Source: an uncultured bacterium
GTDB lineage: Bacteria; Verrucomicrobiota; Verrucomicrobiia; Limisphaerales; UBA8199
Direction of reading: 5' to 3'
Assembly: GCA_963749495.1 (NCBI GenBank)
Contig: CAVVMW010000008.1
Span: 256,001 to 320,000 of the forward strand
DNA: 64,000 nucleotides
The notes beneath the pieces are model-generated. The model saw only the letters and a list, made by a program, of their open reading frames with translations, was not told the origin of the DNA and ran no database searches. Position numbers and translations under genes: made by a program. Below, in pieces: positions 19,725 to 32,100 of this stretch (the first letter of the stretch is position 1; each line of letters starts with the position of its first letter).

Positions 19725-21095
19725 TTAGGCCGCCTCCGGCGTTGGATGACGCCAGGGGGCTCGGTAGGGGCGCGCCAATAACTGATTGGCTTCATCGTCA
19801 CCCATTACCCGGCCTTTGGCTTCGTCCCACGTCAGGGTCCGCTTCAACTGCAGCGAGAGGTTCGCGAGCACGCACATGCTCGTGGAGGTGCTCCCCTCGG
19901 CGATATCCGCCCGGGGACGGCCTCGGGTGGCGGTGCATTGCAGAAGGTCCTTCATATGTTCGCGGATGGCCGGGGCGACATGATACTCGATGCCTTTCTC
20001 CGTTTTGTCTTCCGGATACTTTTCGCTATCGACCGGGTACTTGGCTTTGGGGTCATTCCACTCGCGATGAATGGGGCCTCCCCCGTCCAATGGGATATAG
20101 TCAAACATGAACACGCTCGCTTTGAGCGTCGCCTTTTCTCCATAGAAATTGGCTCCCCACCGGTATTTGGGGTCCGGGTTCGCCCCGAAATGGCGATGCT
20201 GCCAGGTGATTTGGAGGTCGCCGTAATCGAAAGTGGCGTTCTGCATGTCGGGAATATTCGGTTTGCCCTCTTTGTGGAAATAGTTGCCGCCGGTGGAGGA
20301 GATGCGCTTGGGCCAGCCCAGGCCCATCATCCAGCGCACCATGTCAACCATGTGAATGCCCATATCCCCGATCGTGCCATTGCCATATTCCATGTAATTG
20401 CGCCAACTGCCGGGATGGATGCCGGGGTTGAAGGGGCGCATCGGCGCCGGGCCGGTCCACATCTCGTAATCCAGGGTCTCCGGTGGCGGTTGGTCGGGCG
20501 GGTTGCTGATGCCGCGCCGGCCGTAGCAATAGGTCTCAACGAGCCCAATCCGGCCCAGGCGGCCTTCCTGGATCAGCTCGCGCGCCTCGAACAAGTGCGG
20601 CGTGCTGCGGCGTTGGGTGCCCACCTGGACCACGCGACCGTGTTTGCGCGCCGCGGCCAGCATGGCCTGGCATTCGACCACATCCACGCCAATCGGTTTC
20701 TGCACATAGATGTCAGCGCCCGCCTGCGCCGCCGCGACCATCGGCAACGCATGCCAGTGATCGGGAGTCGCGATCAGCACCACGTCCAGGTCCTTCTCTT
20801 TGAGCATTTCACGGTAATCGCCGTAGGTGCGCGGCTTCTTCTTCGACAACTGGCGTCCGGCCACAATGTCAGCGGCCTCGGCCAACATCCGTTTGTCCAC
20901 GTCGCATAGCGAGACCACCTCGACGGGGGCAACCTGGATCAGGCGCAACAAATCCACTTTGCCATACCAGCCGCTGCCGATCAGCCCGAGCCTTTTTTTC
21001 TGGTCGGCCAGTTCAGCGGAAAACGCTGGGAGTTTTGTCAGGGCGATCGCGGCACATCCGAGGCCGCTCGTTTGGAGGAATTTTCGGCGGTTCAT
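19725..21095 (-). CDS. Gfo/Idh/MocA family oxidoreductase, Tat-exported
   Basis: NRRKFL; LIGSGWYG, ATPDHWH, YVQKP, QVGTQRRS, GDMGIH. Confidence 0.92.
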   Translation of the reverse strand: MNRRKFLQTSGLGCAAIALTKLPAFSAELADQKKRLGLIGSGWYGKVDLLRLIQVAPVEVVSLCDVDKRMLAEAADIVAGRQLSKKKPRTYGDYREMLKEKDLDVVLIATPDHWHALPMVAAAQAGADIYVQKPIGVDVVECQAMLAAARKHGRVVQVGTQRRSTPHLFEARELIQEGRLGRIGLVETYCYGRRGISNPPDQPPPETLDYEMWTGPAPMRPFNPGIHPGSWRNYMEYGNGTIGDMGIHMVDMVRWMMGLGWPKRISSTGGNYFHKEGKPNIPDMQNATFDYGDLQITWQHRHFGANPDPKYRWGANFYGEKATLKASVFMFDYIPLDGGGPIHREWNDPKAKYPVDSEKYPEDKTEKGIEYHVAPAIREHMKDLLQCTATRGRPRADIAEGSTSTSMCVLANLSLQLKRTLTWDEAKGRVMGDDEANQLLARPYRAPWRHPTPEAA

Positions 21096-21325
21096 ATTTG
21101 GTTCTGGTTAAGAGCAAATCCTCAGATCCTGACTGACACCCCAGGCCGGCGCCGCGGCCAGCAGCCCGGTTTGGGCGAGATGCCCCAAAAAAGTGCGCCG
21201 TTTCACAGGAGTTGAGCATGCGCCCGGAAGGCAAGCAGAGCCAAGCACAAACTCCGGTCCGCGTTCAGCGGATGCGGCTTAGCTTGATCACAGCGCTTCG
21301 ATAAACTCTCGGATTGGCGACTCTA

Positions 21326-21440
21326 TCACGCTTTTCCGAACATCGCCTTCCAATTGTCCAGGCACCGCTTGGCCGTTTCAAATTCCGAACACCGGCTGCC
21401 TTCCTGCTCAATCAGATAATACTCGATGCCACCCGCCTAT
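21326..21440 (-). pseudogene. C-terminal remnant of a TIM-barrel isomerase gene
   Basis: Reverse strand reads AGGIEYYLIEQEGSRCSEFETAKRCLDNWKAMFGKA*. Confidence 0.5.
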
Positions 21441-21794
21441 GGAGGTTGTTGCTCGGCAACGCCCGAGGAACAGCCTGTTTCCACCAGGCTCTGCGAGGCT
21501 CTCATGGGCGAGGTCCGGCACCGTGAGCACGGCTGCTGCCGGAAGCGGGCTCCGGCGGGCGCACGGCCGAAGAACTGCGCGTGTGGGAAGGGGCCGGAGG
21601 GCACGCGCAACGCGCCATCCTCCGCATGAGCGCCCGTAGTCGGCGGCCGCCAAAAAAGGGTTGAATCCTCATGGGCGACAACGCCAAACTACCAGCCCTG
21701 ATGAGCCGCCTGTGCCATACATCGATCATTCTATGAGACGTTTAATAATTCTTGTTCGGACCAGTTCCTCGAGGTCCGCAAGAATGCGCCCAAC

Positions 21795-24700
21795 ATGAAA
21801 CGCTGGATCCTCTTCTTCATGTTTCTTGCCGCCGCGGCCACCGCCGCGAACCCTCCCATCCGGAGCTATGAAGGCACTCTGACCATCCCGACCTACGAGC
21901 CCGGCGCGCGGGAACTGGAGCCCGCCCTCTTCTCGAACTCGACCGTCGCCGGAATGTACCCCTTCCCGAGCTATCTCCTGCCGTGGCGCGAAGGCTCGCC
22001 CGCGCCGAAGAGCTACCGCGCCGTCTTCCTCGAGAACGAGTTCCTCAAGTTGACCTACCTGCCCGATCTGGGGGGCCGCATCTTTTCCCTGTTCGACAAG
22101 CTCCGCAACCGCGAAGTCTTTTACCGCAACGACGTCATCAAGCCGGCTCCCTACAACCCCCGGATGAGCTGGCCGCAGTCCGGGCTCGAGTTGACCGGGC
22201 CGCACAACGTCCACATGCTCACCCTCCACGGTGAGCCGTTTTGGTCCCACCGCATCGTTCCTCGCGAGGGCGGAGCCGTCTCACTGGTGCTCGGCGAGAC
22301 CGACCCCATCTACCACATGGAGGTGACGCTGTCCGCAACGCTCCATCCCGGGGTCGCCGCGCTGGAGATCAGCGTCTTCTGCTACAACCCGCGCGACGCG
22401 CGCATGCCCCAGATGTTCTGGATCAACTCCGCCGTCCCCGCCACTCCAAAGACGCGGTTCCTCTACCAGATGTCTCGCACCGTTGGCCATACGACGGCCG
22501 ACATCGCCGATTGGCCCGTGCACAACGGCATCAACTACAGTTGGGACCGCAACAACCAGCACATGCTGGGCCTGTTCGGCATCGATGCTTACGACGATTT
22601 CAATGGCGCCTACCAATTCGACAACGACTATGGCGTGTTCCGTTACGCGGACCGCCGCATCGTGCAGGGCATGAAGCTGTGGACCTTCGGTTACGGTGCC
22701 GGGGCGAAGGACCACGAGCGAAGTTACACGGATAAGGCGGGCCCCTACGTCGAGTTGCAGAGCGGGCGTCACGTGTGGGACGGGCATTACGAATGGGTGG
22801 CGCCGCACAAAACGGAGGGTTGGAGCGAGTGGTGGGTGCCGGTGGCCGGGACCCACGGCGCTGCCAGCCTGACCCGGGACGCCGCATTGAACCTGGAAGT
22901 GGACAAAGGGACCGTCAAGATTGCGCTGGCCTCCGCCCGGCGAATCCCGCACGCGAAGCTGCTGGTGAGCGCCCGCGCCGGTGAGATCGGACGGGCTGAC
23001 GTTGACCTGGATCCCGCCAAACCATTCCGCCAGGACTTTTCGACTGGGAACAGCGAGATGACGGAGTTGCGCGTGCGGGTGACCGATCCCAGCGGCCGCG
23101 CCGTCCTCGATTACCGCCGCCCTGACTCGGACCCCAGGGAATACACGCCCTTCACCAAGCCGCTGGAATCGCCGCGGAAGCCTCCCGAGCAGATGAGTGT
23201 CGAGGAACTTGTCCTGGCCGCGGAGTCTCGGCTCAAGGAACTCGATTCCGCCGGCGCAACCGCGCTGCTGGACAAGGCGCTCGAGCGCGACGCGGGCTGT
23301 TCGCGGGCGCACCTGCTGCTGGGCATCGAGGCTTTCACGGCCGGCAACCACGAAACCGCCGTCCGCAGCCTCGAAAAGGCAATCGTCCGCGATCCGTACG
23401 CGGACGAGGCCTACTATTACCTTGCCATGTCGCAGTTCGCTCTCGGCCGCGACAAAGAAGGGGAAAGGAACCTCTACTACATCTGGCCACACAGCTCCTA
23501 CTACGGCGAACGCGAGTTTCACCTCGGTCGGCTCGAGTTGCGCGCCGGCGACCGCGCTGCGGCGATCGAGCGCTTTCGCAGCGCGGTGGACTCTAACGCT
23601 CACGACCTGCTCTCCCGTCTGGCCCTTGCGCTGCTCTACAGAGAACTCGGCCGCGCGGCGGAGGCCCGCGAACAGCTCGCCGCAGTCGAAAAGATCGATC
23701 CCAACCACCGCATCATCTTCGCCGAGAGATATCTCGCGTCGGCCGACGATCCAACGGAACGGGAACTCCTCCGCATGCTGGGAGGACAAAGCCACGAGGC
23801 GATCTCCGTCTCGAATTTCTACCGCCAGTTCGGGCGCTGGAAGGAGGCCGTTCGCCTGCTGCGGTTGGTCGAATCCAACAACCAGGACCCCTGGGGCACG
23901 CCGCCGGAGTTCTACTACACCCTGGCCTATTGCCAGAAACGCGCCGGGGACGCCGCCGGAGCCGAAGAATCGTCGCGAAAGGCGCGGGCCGCCGCCGGCA
24001 ACATCGACCGCTTCCCCTATCGCGACGAAGCGGAACCCGTGCTCCGCGAAGCGGTCACCGCCCGTCCGCACGACGCGCTCGCCCGCTATCTGCTGGGATG
24101 CCTCCTCTACTACCGAAACCAGCGGCCGCAGGCCGTCGAGCAGTGGGAGGCGGCCGTCGTGGCGAATCCATCGGATTTCTCAACACGTCGGGCGCTGGGG
24201 CTGGCCTACGCCGAGCAAGGCTTCCCTATGGACAAAGCCGCCGCGCAATTGGAGCGCGCCGTCCAACTCCAGCCGGACAACGTCCGCGCGCTGAACGATC
24301 TCGGTTCCCTCTATGCGCGCGCCGGGCGTTTCGGCACACAGTTGAACCTGCTGAAAAAGGCGCTCGCCCGGTCGCCGGCCGACGACGACCTGGCCGAAGG
24401 CGTCCTGGCCGCACATTTGAGCGAAGGCAACTACGCGGACGCTGAGAAACTGCTGGCGGAACATCGGTTCGCCCCGCGCCATCGCAGCTACGGCCTGCGC
24501 GACAAGTACCGGGTGATGCGGTACGGACAGGCCGCTCGCGCTTACTGGAGCGGCGACTACTCTGCGGCGTTGCGCTGCATCCGGGAGGCCGCCGCGCCGC
24601 CCACCTCCTTGGGCGTGGACGATTTCCAGGGCCAGGTATCGCCCCGCCTCGACTACTATGCCGGCCTGGCCTTGGAGAAACTCGGCCAGGGCGCCGAAGC

Positions 24701-25051
24701 CCGGCAAGGCTTCGAGCGCGCCGTCTTGGGGCTCGCCCGAACTGTCAGGCGATCGCGATAGCTGGAACAGCGAGAATTTCTTCATCGTGCCCGCGCTCGA
24801 GCATCTGGGCCGGTCAGCCGAAGCGGCCCGCCTCAGGCATCGGTTCGAAGACTTCGCCCTCTCCGAGCGCGACTCGAAAAACGTCCACTATCGGGCGGAA
24901 GCGCGTTACCTCCTTGCGTTGGTGCGGAAGAGCAGCGGGCGCACCGATGAAGCCAAAGCGCTCATTGCCGAAGCTTCTCGCCGAGCGGCCCGATCTGCTT
25001 CCGGCACGGCTCGAACTGCGCGGGGACGTCATCGACGCCTTGCCCAAATGA
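21795..25051 (+). CDS. DUF5107 + TPR-repeat protein; two apparent +1 indels near 24738 and 24976
   Basis: YPFP, AVFLENEFLKLTYLPDLGGRI.SL.DK, G.K.WT.G, GPYVELQSG, multiple TPRs; C-terminus continues ELSGDRDSWNSENF... then LAERPDLLPARLELRGDVIDALPK*. Confidence 0.85.
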
Positions 25052-25118
25052 CCTCTAGGGTTCAATGTCGAAGGGGCGTCTTGACTTTCCCCAGCCTTTC
25101 CTCTAAACGGGTCCAATT

Positions 25119-27671
25119 ATGCTGAAAGCGCTTAGAGTGATTGCCTGCGTGACGGTTTTTTTTGTTCTTGCTCCTGCTCCCCAGTCGAAGGCGGCATTCG
25201 AGCCATGGGCGTCCAACACCGACCCAACCGACGTTCCTAAAAGCCACGTCCAGGACATCACCACCTCCCCTTTCACGTACAACATCACGCTGGGCGGCAC
25301 GATCAACGGCAAGATGTGCACCACCCTTCCCGGCGTATGGGAGCCGTTCGAGCAGACCTGGGAGTCAAGCCGTTCGATACGCATGGAGAACGTCGGCGCG
25401 GCAAAGGTGATAAACCCGTGGCTGAAAATAGGCCCCATCAACTTCTTCTCGCAGGAGACTATGGCGAACTCGGTTGTGGAGGGGCTTTCGACGGACAGGG
25501 AAAAGGCGCTCGCGATATTCTACTTCTACATCACCCATCGCTACCACAAAGGCAATGGTGACAACGGAGCGCAGGGCGACGTTTCGCAAGCGATAAATGC
25601 ATTTGGTTTCAATACCTGTGGGAACAGCACGCTGTGCGTATCGGACCTGCTTGGCAAAGCCGGAATGAGTGATTTCATATTCAGCCATTGCCCCGGCCAT
25701 TGCGTCCCGCAGGCCTTTTTCGACGGCAAGTACAACACGCTTGACGGGGACATGGCCACGATGATGCTCCTGCGGGACAACCACACCCTGGCAAACGAGC
25801 GGGATCTGATACGGGACCACGACCTGATCAAACGCGTGCATCAGTATGGAATCATGAGTCCCATGAATCCTGTTAAGAATAATGAGGACTACTCGCAATA
25901 TTACACCTGGGAGGGAGAGACGACGCAAAAGCTCAAGGGCTGGAATTGGTGGACCATGGGGATGGTCCTGCGTCCGCGCGAAGCCATTGAGTGGAGGTGG
26001 GGGCATGAGACCCCGGTGAAATATCACGGCGATATGTCTGGAAATCCCCCGATCGTTCCGGACACGATCTACAACGGTGTCTGGGAATACGTTCCGGATT
26101 TCAAGAACGATCCGCAGTGGCGGGCAGGCGCGACCGTCACAAACATCACCAACAAAGACGGTGTCCTTGCGGCGACGGACGGAGGCACGGGCATCATCGT
26201 TTGGCAGATGAAAGTGGCTTATCAATTCGTCGGGGGCGCCCTTGCTCCCGCCGGCCACGGCTACGCGTTCGAGATAGGCTGGCCAAATCCGAAAGATGGG
26301 AGGCCCGTCTATGCGCCGCTGGCGGCGTTGGCCGAGTTTGACGGCAAGTTCCAAGGGCGCACCGCCATGGCGAACGAGTACTGGATTAAGTGCACATTGG
26401 CAGGCGAAGCTTCGCTAAGCGAATTGAGAATCACTAACGACATCCAGATGGCCCCGTTAGCCATGCCCTCCATGACCGTGGGGAACAACCGTTTCACCTA
26501 CCTGGAACACACGGACGAGAGAAACGGGGCAAACGCTGCCAGGCATCTGAAGATCACGCACACCTGGGTCGAAAGGTCGAAGACTCGCCCCCCCAAAGCG
26601 CCTGAATCCCCCGTCTATCCGGCCAACGGCGGCAAGAGCGACGGCACGGATGTGGCCTTCCAGTGGAACGCCGCCACGGACCCCGATGGCGACCCCATCA
26701 CGGATTATCATTTCCAGCTTTCGGACCGTCCCGACATGAGATGGCCGATGTCTCCCAATTTCGACAAATATGTTTCAAGGACGACCGACAAAGGCCAGAC
26801 CCGCTACACCCTTCCCCGTCCCGGCCTTTTGACGCACGGCGTGACCTATTACTGGCACGTGAAGGCGAAAGACTCGAACGGCGCTTGGGGGCCGTGGAGC
26901 GACACCTGGAGTTTCACGGCCCAGGGGCCGGCATATCCCATCGACTTGGCGATCAAATACGACGCCGGCGCCGGCATCGGCACATTGACTTGGAGCGCCA
27001 ATCCGGTCGGGAGGGCGCCTGCCAAGTACAGAATCTACGGCAGCGATGAGAAGGGCTTCACCGTCCATGACGCTCCCTACGAGATCAAGTTGGGCGACAC
27101 GAAAGAGTTCGCCAACCCTTTCCCGGCCAATTTCGTGGCTGAGGTCGCAGGCACTGCACTGGATGTTTTGGGCGTGGGCAACGCCCTTCCGAACGCCAAC
27201 AAGGCCTATTACCGCGTCGTCGCGGTGGACGCCAAGGGCAAGAGAAGCGGAGATTCGGATTATGTCGAAGCCCCCAGGCCCTTCATCTACAGCACCCCGG
27301 TTGCCAGCGCGCCCGCGGGCCAGCCTTATCGTTACCAGGTGCAGGCCATCCGTTCCATAGGTGATCTCACGAGAAGGGACGGCGCCAGGCCCAAGCCTGG
27401 GACCAAATTCTGGAAGATCGAGCCGCTGAAGTTCTCGCTCACACAAAAACCGAGCTGGATGAGCATCAACCCCGACACCGGGCTGATAACCGGCACGCCG
27501 GACGGGACGGGCGGGACGGTGACCGTTAGCGTGACGCTCACGAAAGAGCACCGCTTGGTGCATGACGAAAATGCCATCGTGTGGGGAAACGAATATGAAA
27601 AGAGCAAAACGTATGAGACTGTGGGGCCGGCAACACAGCAGTTTGTCGTGAACGGCACGAGGGATAAATAA
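25119..27671 (+). CDS. Secreted protein with transglutaminase-like core, FnIII-like and Ig-like domains
   Basis: Signal peptide; FGFNTCG...GHCVPQAFFDGKYNTLDGD (Cys-His-Asp); DPDGD..YHFQ, YYWHVKAKD..G.WGPWS; PSWMSINPDTGLITGTP. Confidence 0.7.
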   Translation: MLKALRVIACVTVFFVLAPAPQSKAAFEPWASNTDPTDVPKSHVQDITTSPFTYNITLGGTINGKMCTTLPGVWEPFEQTWESSRSIRMENVGAAKVINPWLKIGPINFFSQETMANSVVEGLSTDREKALAIFYFYITHRYHKGNGDNGAQGDVSQAINAFGFNTCGNSTLCVSDLLGKAGMSDFIFSHCPGHCVPQAFFDGKYNTLDGDMATMMLLRDNHTLANERDLIRDHDLIKRVHQYGIMSPMNPVKNNEDYSQYYTWEGETTQKLKGWNWWTMGMVLRPREAIEWRWGHETPVKYHGDMSGNPPIVPDTIYNGVWEYVPDFKNDPQWRAGATVTNITNKDGVLAATDGGTGIIVWQMKVAYQFVGGALAPAGHGYAFEIGWPNPKDGRPVYAPLAALAEFDGKFQGRTAMANEYWIKCTLAGEASLSELRITNDIQMAPLAMPSMTVGNNRFTYLEHTDERNGANAARHLKITHTWVERSKTRPPKAPESPVYPANGGKSDGTDVAFQWNAATDPDGDPITDYHFQLSDRPDMRWPMSPNFDKYVSRTTDKGQTRYTLPRPGLLTHGVTYYWHVKAKDSNGAWGPWSDTWSFTAQGPAYPIDLAIKYDAGAGIGTLTWSANPVGRAPAKYRIYGSDEKGFTVHDAPYEIKLGDTKEFANPFPANFVAEVAGTALDVLGVGNALPNANKAYYRVVAVDAKGKRSGDSDYVEAPRPFIYSTPVASAPAGQPYRYQVQAIRSIGDLTRRDGARPKPGTKFWKIEPLKFSLTQKPSWMSINPDTGLITGTPDGTGGTVTVSVTLTKEHRLVHDENAIVWGNEYEKSKTYETVGPATQQFVVNGTRDK

Positions 27672-27789
27672 ACTGGTCAAAAGCACTATGCCGAGTCTCG
27701 CCGCTATCGAGATTAGTGCGGCTCGGCCTGATCATGAAAATCCCATTCGGCACGAGGCGTTTTCCTGCCGACAATGGCTCATTTCGTGG

Positions 27790-27818
27790 TTGATGCGGCC
27801 GAGACGGTGCTCTATACT
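27790..27818 (+). promoter_or_regulatory. Sigma70-type promoter, probably giving a leaderless transcript
   Basis: TTGATG-N17-TATACT; ATG at 27825 follows after 6 intervening nt. Confidence 0.65.
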
Positions 27819-27824
27819 TTAACT

Positions 27825-28046
27825 ATGTCAGACGAAGACATCGAAAATCTCGAAAGCAAGTTCCCCGCGATCTCGGGTTCGGCGTTCGCGGCAGCGCGTG
27901 AGCAAGCTCTCGCCTCTGGCCGGAGCGTCCTGGAATCGCAGCAGGGTGTCATTTACGAGGTCTTCCCGGATGGCACGCGCAGGCGCGTTAAGCAGATCGA
28001 AGCGCCTACACCAGTCGCGCCCGGTTCGAAAGTCATCCTGAAGTGA
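27825..28046 (+). CDS. Small putative antitoxin partner of zeta-toxin-like ATPase
   Basis: 73-aa ORF MSDEDIENLE...; GTGA overlap with downstream ATPase. Confidence 0.65.
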   Translation: MSDEDIENLESKFPAISGSAFAAAREQALASGRSVLESQQGVIYEVFPDGTRRRVKQIEAPTPVAPGSKVILK

Positions 28047-28798
28047 GCGCCGCCACACCCCGTTTGAGGATGTTCGCGGGGCCGAACGGCTCGGGAAAAA
28101 GCACGCTAAAGTCTGTCCTGCTGCAGGCGCTCCTCGGGGTGTATCTGAATCCGGATGAAATCGAACAGGAGATTCGCAGGCAGGGGTGTTTGGACTTCAA
28201 TTGGTACGGCGTTAAGGCACTGGCAGAGGTGGTGTTGCCCTTTTTCAGGGACTCGGACTTTCTGATTTCCGCCGGGCGTGGCGCCGCCGCGAGCCGGCTT
28301 GGTTTTGCTGACGGCCGGTTGTTGTTCGCGGGACTCGCGGTGGATTCCTATTTCGCGTCCGTGGCAGTGGATTTCCTGCGAGAGCAGCTTCTGGCGCAGA
28401 GAATGTCCCTAACTCTTGAAACCGTGATGTCACACCCGAGCAAGGTGGCCCTCCTCGAGAAAGCCCAGGCGCTGGGGTACCGGACGTACCTTTATTACAT
28501 CGCAACCGAAGATCCAACGATCAATGTTCACCGAGTTCGCTACCGCGTGGAGCAGCAGGGCGGCCACTCTGTTCCGGAAGAGAAAATCGTCAGCCGCTAC
28601 TATCGCTCGCTCGGTTTGTTGATGGAAGCGATCCGGCGCACCAACCGCGTCTATCTGTTCGACAATTCCGGCGAAAACGAGCACCGCACTTGGATTGCGG
28701 AGGTAACTGACGGCAGAGTCTTGGAGTTAAAAACGGACCGAGTACCCGCATGGTTCAAACGGGCGGTACTGGATAAGATTACCGCGCAGACGCGATGA
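28043..28798 (+). CDS. Zeta toxin-like P-loop kinase/ATPase
   Basis: MFAGPNGSGKST, LNPDEI, ETVMS, RV..GGH.VPE.KI.SRY, FDNS. Confidence 0.85.
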   Translation: MSAATPRLRMFAGPNGSGKSTLKSVLLQALLGVYLNPDEIEQEIRRQGCLDFNWYGVKALAEVVLPFFRDSDFLISAGRGAAASRLGFADGRLLFAGLAVDSYFASVAVDFLREQLLAQRMSLTLETVMSHPSKVALLEKAQALGYRTYLYYIATEDPTINVHRVRYRVEQQGGHSVPEEKIVSRYYRSLGLLMEAIRRTNRVYLFDNSGENEHRTWIAEVTDGRVLELKTDRVPAWFKRAVLDKITAQTR

Positions 28799-29160
28799 GT
28801 GGCAAACTCGGCCGCCTCCGTTGTGCCTTGGCCACCCGGTCAGCCTGCCAACGAAGTTCCGGTTCCAACGGACTATGGGTCGCGCCGCTAAACGGCCGCC
28901 TCAGCGTTTCAGGGTTTCAGTATTTTCCACTGCAACGCCTCTTGACAAAAGCGCCGACTTCGCCCTTCCATTGCGCCATGGCTGCTGAGAACACATCAGA
29001 ACCGCCCAAACGCGGACCCGCACGCGCGACACCGCATGCTTATGCGCCTGCTTCAGGGCAGATGCTGCTAAAGCCACCAATTCTGCCGCTCCCCTGCTGG
29101 ACGATCTTGGATTTCCTCGGAAAACGAACGGAAGAGGCGAAAGGGCTAGGCATCTCGACA

Positions 29161-32100
29161 ATGGCTAGGTCAATTGTTCTGTCTCGCCAGCGAGCCAAAG
29201 AAGCGGTCCTGGCTACTTTACCGGTCATTGTGTCGTTCCTTTGGCTTTGTGTCGCAGGAGGACATGCCTCGGCACAGGTGAACCTGCTTCCCCAAGGGGA
29301 TTTTAGGAATCCTGGCGCCAATACGGGGTGGGCCGAGGGCTTCAACATTCCGCAGAACCAGGAATTCCAAGTCATCTCGGAAAACGGCAAGTCCTGGCTG
29401 CGCATCGAAAATCACGATGCGGGGCGTCAGCTCGACTACGTGCATGCCTACGTGAGACTTACCCCGGAGATCGCGGCCCTTACGGTCACCCCCCACCTGG
29501 CGGCGACAACGCAATTGGCAGACGCCGAGCTTCCGGCCGGCATGACCCTGAACTGGGACAAGACGAGCGTCGTAACGGTGAATGCAAAGCGGGCACAGGT
29601 GTCCTTGGACGGCATCTGGCACTTTATACCTGCAGCCGAAGGAACCGCGGAACCCCCAAAGGTGGGGTGGGCATATATCAAGGTGCCGGGCAGTTGGCAA
29701 AGCACTCGGGGCAGGTCTGCCGATTTCCTGGCCCTTGGCGGCGGCCCGCAGTGGGACCTCTATGACGGGGCGCGGGTGGCGCGCGCCTGGTACGAGCGGC
29801 AAGTGCCAATCCCGGTGGAATGGCGAGGCCGCGCGATCAGCCTGCGCTTCGACCGCGTCTGCACGGACGCGATTGTGTGTGTCAACGGCACGGAGTGCGG
29901 AAGAATCGCCTGGCCGTGGGGCTCCGTGGACATCACGTCAGCGGTAACGCCCGGCCAAACGGCGGACGTTCGGGTGCTGGTGGCGGCCATCGCCGATGCG
30001 GAACAGGTGGGGAACTTCTGGCAGAATGCCTTGAGCAGCACCGTCACTTTTTCGTCCGCCTCGCTCAGGTCGCGGGGCCTGACCGGCAGCGTCTTTTTGG
30101 AAAGCCATGCCTCGGAGGCGCGGGTGACCGATGTCTTCGTGCGCACTTCAACACGGAAAAAGGAGATCTCCCTGGACGTGGAGTTGACCGGCGTCGAGCA
30201 GGCGGGCCCGGTTCAGGTCGTTGCGGACATGCTCGACGAAAAGGGCGAGGTGGAGAGGAGCTTCGCGACGGACGCGGTGGCGGTTGCCAGGGAGACGCAG
30301 ACCTTTGCTCTGTCGTGGCCCTGGGCAGACCCGCGCCTATGGGACGTGGGTCCGTGCCGGACTGGCCTTCAGCCCAATCTTTACACCCTTCGGCTGAAAG
30401 TGAAGGGCGCGGGCCTGGATGACGAGTACCAACCAGAAATTCGGTTTCCGGGAGTTCTGGATCGAAGGCCGGCAATTCTATCTCAACGGCACCGTGATCC
30501 ACCTGCGGCAGCCTTGCTTTTACGACGGGCCGCGCATGCAGGTGGGGGACATCTTCTCCGAGATGGGGCAGGAGAATGTGGATACCCGGGGCGATGCCGC
30601 CGACTCGGGGCGAAATCTCGACGACGCCGATCGTAAGGGATACCTGGTGGCACAGTATATCCTCAACGCCAACAAGTACCTGATGAGTTCGAGGGGTCGG
30701 TTTGGCTGGGAGCAGAACCGGCAGCGTGCCATGGACCGCGCCGCCGTGTGGATGCGCCACTACCGCAACCATCCGTCCGTGGTCATGTGGATCGCCGGCT
30801 TCAATTTCTTCAACAGCGCCGTGGACGCGGACCCGCGCCACGTCGGCCGCGGCGGCTGGGGTCAGACCGACGAGCGCTGGCAGCGCCTCATGGCTTCCGG
30901 CAAGGAGATGTTCGATGGGCTCAGGAAGCTTGACCCGACCCGGGTCTATTACAGCCACGCGGGGGCCTATACGGGCGACATCTATACGATGAACTGCTAC
31001 CTGGACCTGATACCTCTCCAGGAGCGCGAAGACTGGCTCAGCGCATGGGCGGAAAGCGGGGAGATGCCGATTTCCATGGTCGAGTTCGGCACCCCCATGG
31101 ACTGTACGTTCCGGCGCGGGCGCCACGGGTTTGAGAGCAATATCACGAGCGAGCCCTTGTTGACGGAATTCGCCGCCATCTATTTTGGCACGGACGCCTA
31201 TGCTGCGGAGGAACCAAAGTATCGGCAGTATCTTCACGGCCTGTTCCGCGGCGGGATGCTCTACCAGAGCTCCGAGAACCGCCTGGATGAGTACGCCAAC
31301 AACCACAAAATCCAGCAGCTCTACCGCATAAATACCTGGCGCAGTTGGCGGACCGCGGGTCTGCCGGGCGGCCTGCGCACCTGGTCCTGGATGCAGGACG
31401 CGCTCAAGGATATCAACGGCCCGACCCTGGCGTGGATCGCCGGCCCTGCGGGGGCGTACACCGCAAAGGACCACCACTTCCGCCCCGGCCAGAAGATCCA
31501 GAAGCAGATCGTCCTGATCAATGATACCCGCCAGCCCCAGAACTTCACGGCAGCCTGGACCGCCACGGCCGGCGGCAGCGAAGTGGATAAGGGCCAGAGG
31601 CAAGGCAGTCTGGCCGTTTCCGAGATCCGATTCATTCCCTTCCAGGTAACTCTTCACTCTTCACTCTACACTCCCCACTCAGAATGGGCCGACGGCCAGA
31701 TCACCCTTGCCGCAACTATCGGCGAGACCAGGCACCAGGATACCTTTGCGTTTCGCGTGTTTGGCGAGGACAAGACGGGCAACGGTGAGATCGCTATGTT
31801 TGATCCGAACGGTCTGACCAGCAAGATGCTGGCGAACCTGGGCTATCGGACCCGTTTCTGGAATGGCGCGGCTGCTCCCCTGGTGGTGATCGGACGCAAC
31901 GCCCTGAAGGACGACCCGGCGGTGGCTGCCAGGCTGGAGCCCTATGTGCGGGCTGGAGGCCGGGCCCTGATCTGTGCCCAGGACCCTGAATGGTTAACAC
32001 GGGCCCTCGGGTGGCGCGTGTGCCCGAAGGTGGCCCGGCGCGTCTTCCCCGTCCATTCTGCCACTCTGCATTCCCCATTCGACACTCTGCATTCCCCATT

